Source of the DNA: a virus
Direction: 5' to 3' (one strand)
DNA length: 64,000 nucleotides
Virus record (IMG/VR): IMGVR_UViG_3300045988_101367
Span: 11,047-75,046 of that record
Program-made: the position numbers and the translations under genes
Notes under the pieces: model-generated
Database searches by the model: none
Told to the model about the DNA's origin: nothing
What the model saw: the letters and a program-made list of their open reading frames with translations, nothing else
Shown here: positions 58,881 through 64,000 of the stretch, piece by piece
How positions within the stretch are numbered: position 1 is the stretch's first letter
How the letters are laid out: every line of letters begins with the position of its first letter

Positions 58881-60122
58881 ATGAAACAAGCAACAAAATC
58901 TTCTTATATTAAGTTCTTTAATGATGCAATTAATAATAATCGTTCTTTAAAAGCTCAGTGTACTATATCAGGAAAAAATATAAATACTGTATATATTACA
59001 ATGAGAAATCTTAGAAAGAAAGAAAATAAAGATGAAGATGACAAGAAGATATTGGAATTATATGATAGACTAAAGGATACTAAGAAAAAAGAAGTAAAGA
59101 AAGATACAGATGATGCTTCTAATACTTGGGAAATAAGAGACGAGGAGACTGGTAAAATTACTGGATATAAGTTTGAGATTTTCAGAAGAAATAAGCCCGC
59201 AATCACAGGAGTCTTTACTAGAAACGAAATGAATAGTGTATATAGAATGTATACTTATTACGGTTCTGGTTTAACCCAGCAGATTGTCAGCAGATATTTC
59301 CCAGATTATTCTCTTATTGACTTTAAAAGAATTTTACGAGCTTTTAATATTACTAAAGCATCCTCTCCGTTTGCTCCTCATATGTATGAAGAATATACTG
59401 AGGATGAATTAAAAGAAATGCATCTTAGGGAAAAAGAGAATGATTTCTTAAAAAGAATAGAGAAAGATGAGGTAAAGGATTTAAGAGCTTTAGTTACTAA
59501 GTTAACTAAGGAAACCTCTAAGTCTTTAAATAAGGAACTTATAGAAGACACTATTAAAAATACAGTAAAGGATTATAAAGAGCTTCCAGTAAATATTAAT
59601 AATAAAGAAGCGAAATATCCTGATTTAATTATATGGTTATCTGATTTACATATCGGAGCTTATAATGCTAAATATAGTAGTTTTGTACAGTTACCTTCTT
59701 ATGATGTTCCAGAAATTAAATCTAGATTATCTAGAATTGTGGAATCTTTTGTGGGACAAGAATATCATTCTGTATATGTAGTTAATCTTGGAGATTCTAT
59801 TGATGGATTCAATAAAGAAACTACTAGAGGGGGTCATGAGCTTCCTGAGATTCTTGATAATAAAGAAATTAGTGAAGCATTTATAGAGTGTATGATGGAG
59901 TTCTTTGCTACTCTTACAGTAAAAGTAAAAAGTGAAGATTTTAATTATCTCTCTATAGGAGAATCTAATCATGGTGGGGATTTTGAATGGTTAAATCAAA
60001 AACTCTTAGCTGCATATTTAACTAAATATAATATTAAGAGTTATATTAGTAACTATCCTATTGATAATTTTATTATTGGAGATCATCAATTCCTGTATGC
60101 TCACGGTAGAGTTTTGCCGTAT
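58881..60122 (+). CDS. calcineurin-like metallophosphoesterase (Mre11/SbcD-like), exon 1
   Basis: Motifs IIWLSDLHIGA, NLGDSIDG, GESNHGG and GDHQFLYAHG, in the order expected for this family. The ORF ends a few codons later inside the intron. Confidence 0.5.
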
Positions 60123-60374
60123 ATTTGAGAAATCAAATATGTTAAAACAAACCAATATCGGTGAAGGCTGTGATGCTAATACCGAGATAACTACAGAAAC
60201 TAAAGAGTCTGTAGCATCGTAGAGCGTAGAACTTGAACCTGAGAAATCAGAATAAAATAGTTCCAAGAGTGGTTTGCCCTCAGCACGTAAAGGTGGAGGT
60301 GAATATGTACGCCGAGCTATAGTAAATAAGAAACTATAGAAATACAGATAAAAAGCTGTATGATAACAAAACTG
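60123..60374 (+). mobile_element. group I-like intron without ORF, homologous to intron 28967-30277; approximate boundaries
   Basis: ~230 nt share ~85% identity with 30050-30277 (e.g. gaaggctgtgatgctaat…, tacgccgagctatag…, tatagaaatacagataaaaagctgtatgataacaaaactg). The start atttgagaaatcaaata resembles atttaagcaaattcagta of the other intron. Confidence 0.5.
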
Positions 60375-60674
60375 AAAGATAATAATTCTCAGACTAGACA
60401 ATTTCCTCTTACTTTAAATCCTCAGACTGAATTATTCTTTGCTAATTATATAGCAGAAAAAGGTATATATAGTCCTCATATTTATGTAGTAAAAGGTGAT
60501 TTACATAATTATGCTTATACTACTGGTAAACGATTTGATTATATATCAGTAGGTAGTATGTATGGTAGTAGTAATTATATTACAGCTAATTTTGGATATA
60601 CTAAATGGAGTATTAATTATACTATTGTAAAAGATAAAGATATTTTGATGGGAACTATTAAAGGAAATAATTAA
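60375..60674 (+). CDS. metallophosphoesterase, exon 2 (…VVKGDLHNYAY… GHxH-like motif)
   Basis: The track ORF 60360-60674 begins within the intron 3' end. The frame matches exon 1 when spliced at …tat|…ctg|aaa gat. Confidence 0.45.
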   Translation, partial: KDNNSQTRQFPLTLNPQTELFFANYIAEKGIYSPHIYVVKGDLHNYAYTTGKRFDYISVGSMYGSSNYITANFGYTKWSINYTIVKDKDILMGTIKGNN

Positions 60675-60937
60675 TGAAGGACATAAGACTTCCAGAAACA
60701 TCCGATAAATCTATAGACATTTCTGCTATAGATACAAATACTGAAGGTATTATCTTAGCATACAAAGGTAATAAACCAATAGGATTTATTGGATATGACG
60801 ATGATAATAATGAGTGGGTATACTTAGATGATATTACTATAAACTGTAGTTACAAACGAGACGAAAATTTATTAGCTTTACTAAGAAACGTAATAGCTAG
60901 TAATTACGCCGATAGTTTTAAATTAGTTGATTTTTAA
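60674..60937 (+). CDS. small protein, paralog family member A (87 aa)
   Basis: …IDISAIDTNTEGIILAYKGNKPIGFIGYDDDNNEWVYLDDI… resembles 60941-61114 and 61832-62068. Confidence 0.4.
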   Translation: MKDIRLPETSDKSIDISAIDTNTEGIILAYKGNKPIGFIGYDDDNNEWVYLDDITINCSYKRDENLLALLRNVIASNYADSFKLVDF

Positions 60938-60940
60938 ATA

Positions 60941-61114
60941 ATGAAATATATTACTATTCCTAAAAATAGTGAACACACTATAGACTTAGCAGCTATTACT
61001 GATGATTATAAAGGCATAATTATTGTTTACAAAGAAGGTATGGCTGTAGGAAGAATTTCATATTGCTCAGATACCGAGTTGTGGTATTTTTATGACAATA
61101 TAGATAATGCTTAA
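60941..61114 (+). CDS. small protein, paralog family member B (57 aa)
   Basis: MKYITIPKNSEHTIDLAAITDDYKGIIIVYKEGMAVGRISYCSDTELWYFYDNIDNA. Confidence 0.35.
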   Translation: MKYITIPKNSEHTIDLAAITDDYKGIIIVYKEGMAVGRISYCSDTELWYFYDNIDNA

Positions 61115-61217
61115 TTTGATACATGTAAAGATACATTATTAGAAGTAGTCAATGAATTAATAGATATTAAACATATAGCAGATAGTTTTAAATTATTAGA
61201 ATTTTATACTAACAACG

Positions 61218-61838
61218 ATGATTGATAGAGAAGACGTTTTACAGGAAGCTTTACATAAGTGTTTTGTAGAAATGTATAGATGGGCTCAACCTTCTATAGA
61301 TTTGGATGAGCTTATTAAGAAGGGATTTAAAGATAGTACAGAATATCCTTTATATGCTAGACATTATTTATCTCAAGATAATTTTAATTATATAAGAGAT
61401 ACTTATATGTATGCATATGGTATTAAGGATACTTGGGATGATACTTTTGAAATATTAATTAAGCAACTTTTAGAAGGAGGTATAGAAGATGACTATAAAA
61501 AAGCTACTCCTGATAAACCTGCTTATAGAGATTATAAAAAAGTTCTCCCACTAAAAGAAGTTATTACTTGCCCAGGAGAAGTTGATACTATTATTGACTA
61601 TATAAAGAAATGTCAAAACTTTTATAAAGAACATTGCTATGAAACTAATAAATTTTCTTGTAGTATTGCATTAGGTCCTAGTCCCAATTGTAATGCAAAA
61701 CATGTTACAGAATATTGGCATAGTCATGGCAAACCAGAGTTTAAAATAGTAGAATATAATATCTCAGATGTTATTTACGGAGACGGAGACTTTGAAGAAG
61801 TATCTGATGAAGAGTTTCTCACTACATTAAGATGGTAA
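61218..61838 (+). CDS. hypothetical protein (206 aa)
   Basis: Track ORF. Confidence 0.4.
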   Translation: MIDREDVLQEALHKCFVEMYRWAQPSIDLDELIKKGFKDSTEYPLYARHYLSQDNFNYIRDTYMYAYGIKDTWDDTFEILIKQLLEGGIEDDYKKATPDKPAYRDYKKVLPLKEVITCPGEVDTIIDYIKKCQNFYKEHCYETNKFSCSIALGPSPNCNAKHVTEYWHSHGKPEFKIVEYNISDVIYGDGDFEEVSDEEFLTTLRW

Positions 61839-62068
61839 CTAATGAAATTACTAAAGATAACAAGACACTACTTATCTGCTATAAAAATTCATATCCCTGT
61901 GGGCAAATATTATACAACGGGAGTAAGTGGATATATATTACTAGTGTAGATATAAATAAAGTTAATTATGCGGAAGATACTCCCCATAATTTAGTACAAA
62001 AATTATTAGATAAAGAAATTATTGATAATATAATGTTTTTCACATACAATGGAGAGAATGCCAACTGA
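61832..62068 (+). CDS. small protein, paralog family member C (78 aa)
   Basis: …LICYKNSYPCGQILYNGSKWIYITSVDINKV…. Confidence 0.4.
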   Translation: MVTNEITKDNKTLLICYKNSYPCGQILYNGSKWIYITSVDINKVNYAEDTPHNLVQKLLDKEIIDNIMFFTYNGENAN

Positions 62069-62843
62069 ATTTACTTTAGAAGAAGTATTAAAAGGAAAAG
62101 CTACTAGTATTAAAGGTAAAGATTATCTTCCTACTAGAGGATATATTGAGCCTTTTCTAGAAAGAGTTCAAAAATTAACTTCTGATATTAGAGTACATGT
62201 AAAATTACCTGATCAAATCACTTATAATAAAAATGGTGACATAGATACTGCTGATTTAACTTTTAATAGAGTATGGTTGGAAGCAGTATTACCAAATGAA
62301 TATCAATATGCTAATCATCAGCAAGTAATTGGTATGGTATATGGTCTAGATACTAGAAAAGCTGTTGTAAAAATATACTCAGGTGCCGTAAATTCTGCTT
62401 GCACTAACCTTTGTGTGTTTAATCCAGACAGTTTAGTAGTTAATGAAATAGAACCCGAGACTCCTATTGACTTTAAGCCAATTACAAGACTTGTAGAGCA
62501 AACTACAGAGATAGGAGTTACTCTCAGACGTTTTGCAGATACAGATTTTGACTATACTAATAAAAGTTTTGTAAATGAACATTTGGGTAGATGGATTCGT
62601 AACTGTATGTCTGAATCTGTTGATAATGGTTTTGGTAAAGTAAAATTATCTACATCAACTCCTATTGATGCTTATAAATTATTATTTGATAAAAAAGATA
62701 GTCCATATCTTATATCAGATGATAACGCAAATATGTTTACTGTATATAATGCATTCACTCAAATTATAACTGATTCTATGAAAAAGGATATTATGAATCA
62801 GGTTGAGAAAACTTTACTAGTAAACAGCATTTTAACTTTGTAA
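62049..62843 (+). CDS. hypothetical protein (264 aa)
   Basis: Track ORF. Confidence 0.45.
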   Translation: MERMPTEFTLEEVLKGKATSIKGKDYLPTRGYIEPFLERVQKLTSDIRVHVKLPDQITYNKNGDIDTADLTFNRVWLEAVLPNEYQYANHQQVIGMVYGLDTRKAVVKIYSGAVNSACTNLCVFNPDSLVVNEIEPETPIDFKPITRLVEQTTEIGVTLRRFADTDFDYTNKSFVNEHLGRWIRNCMSESVDNGFGKVKLSTSTPIDAYKLLFDKKDSPYLISDDNANMFTVYNAFTQIITDSMKKDIMNQVEKTLLVNSILTL

Positions 62844-62940
62844 ATAATATTTTGAAATAACTATATAAGCACTATATTATTAGTTCAATACTAGTATTAT
62901 AATGCTTATTTCGTAGATGATTTAAAATGTTAATTTATAA

Positions 62941-64000
62941 ATGTTATTTATGGTAATAAAGAGAGACGGAATTAAAGAAGAGTTTAACAGAAACAAAATT
63001 AGAGATGCTGTACTAAAGGCTTTTGGAATTACCCAAAATTCTAGTAAAACAATGGACGAAGATATTTACAGAGCAGTTACTGAGATAACTAATTCTGTAG
63101 TAGAGACTGAAGATCAATCTATTGAGGATATTCAAGACCAAATTGAAGAACTTTTAATGGATTTAGGATATCACGATGTGGCTAAAAAATATATTCTATA
63201 TCGTAAAGAACGTGAAGATATTAGAAATCATGCTACTAGGGATATTAAATTTATTCATAATTTTGTAAAATCTGATAATACTGCTAATGCTACTATTGAT
63301 GATAATAGTAATGTAGGAACTAAAGGTATTGGAGTATTAAACGCTGAAATACATAAAGTCGATAATAAACTTACTAATACAGAATGGTGGGAAAGTTTTG
63401 TAAAGAAGAGAGACCCTAACTTTAATATAAAAGTTATGAGGAATGACTTTAAAACTATTTTGTATCCTCATGACTCATCTTCTCAAGTAGGGGAACCATA
63501 TTGTATGGCAGCTTCTATGTATCCTTTCTTGTTGTTTGGATTAGAGAAATTAGGAGGTAAATCAGCTGTTCCAAAGAACCTTGATTCATTCTGTGGTATT
63601 TATGTAAATTTAAACTTTGCATTAGCCTCTGAAATTAAAGGAGCAGTAGCTACTCCTGAGTTTCTGATGTATATGGATTATTTCTGTAGAAAAGAATGGG
63701 GAAATAATTATTATCTCAAACCAAGTGTAAAAATAACTACAGATTATTGTATAAAACAGAAAACTATTGGCAGTCAAATTGATCAGTATTTCCAACAGGT
63801 AACTTATTCCATTAATCAAATAGCGGGAGCTAGAGGAATGCAGTCTCCATTTACAAATTTTTCATTCTTCGATAAATATTTCTTTGAAGGTATGTTTGGA
63901 GAATTTGTATTTCCAGATGGAACAAAGCCAGAATGGAATTCTACTAATTGGTTACAAAGACGTTATTTACATTGGTTAAATCAAGAAAGATTAAAATGTA
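62941..64000 (+). CDS. nrdD: anaerobic ribonucleoside-triphosphate reductase (class III RNR), 5' partial at window end
   Basis: N-terminal ATP-cone (VIKRDGIKEEFNRNKIRDAVLKA…) followed by NrdD-like core (…GEPYCMAASMYPF…). No stop before the window end. Confidence 0.55.
   Translation, partial: MLFMVIKRDGIKEEFNRNKIRDAVLKAFGITQNSSKTMDEDIYRAVTEITNSVVETEDQSIEDIQDQIEELLMDLGYHDVAKKYILYRKEREDIRNHATRDIKFIHNFVKSDNTANATIDDNSNVGTKGIGVLNAEIHKVDNKLTNTEWWESFVKKRDPNFNIKVMRNDFKTILYPHDSSSQVGEPYCMAASMYPFLLFGLEKLGGKSAVPKNLDSFCGIYVNLNFALASEIKGAVATPEFLMYMDYFCRKEWGNNYYLKPSVKITTDYCIKQKTIGSQIDQYFQQVTYSINQIAGARGMQSPFTNFSFFDKYFFEGMFGEFVFPDGTKPEWNSTNWLQRRYLHWLNQERLKC

Noticed and set aside
1-64000. Genome-wide TGA=Trp (code 4-like) recoding
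   Set aside because: Many genes terminate with TGA, and readthrough would fuse genes: the helicase stop at 50186-50188 is in frame with the next ATG at 50267, and several ATGA start/stop overlaps depend on TGA being a stop. Only three isolated in-frame TGAs were found.
1-64000. CRISPR arrays, retron or diversity-generating retroelement
   Set aside because: No regularly spaced direct repeats with unique spacers and no reverse-transcriptase-like ORF were seen. The only sizeable repeats are the 279-bp tandem duplication, the intron copies and short tRNA-flanking hairpins.

Overview
This window is AT-rich (~29% GC) and looks like part of a large tailed-phage genome, possibly a Bacteroidota or crAss-like phage; I cannot confirm the lineage from sequence alone. 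Positions 1-9000 are a late or structural block on both strands. Its genes read as long ORFs only if in-frame TAG codons are sense codons, and one TAG falls where a conserved Gln would sit in the SLT (GLMQ-like) catalytic motif of a lytic transglycosylase. An amber-suppressor tRNA(CUA) sits at 9446-9517 on the minus strand. From about 10 kb onward the genes are mostly standard-code early genes on the plus strand, where TAG and TGA act as stops. This part includes: a tRNA array (15.6-19.8 kb) with several non-canonical tRNA-like genes and repeated hairpins; a tmRNA-like gene; a three-member 'MCW' paralog family; an SPFH/flotillin gene paired with a 677-aa protein in a GC-rich island; a module consistent with NAD+ reconstitution (NAMPT-like transferase, macro domain, PRPP-synthetase-like kinase) whose transferase gene carries a group I intron; and replication genes (SF2 helicase, DnaB-like helicase, primase, SSB-like protein, RNase H, HAD nucleotidase, anaerobic RNR). 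Two more group I introns, homologous to each other, split an AAA+ ATPase gene (this one carries a LAGLIDADG homing endonuclease whose frame runs through a TAG) and a metallophosphoesterase gene (no ORF). Several genes show in-frame stops or frame changes, some at homopolymer runs, so sequence errors are possible. All calls rest on reading the sequence by eye and recalling family motifs; no searches were run.
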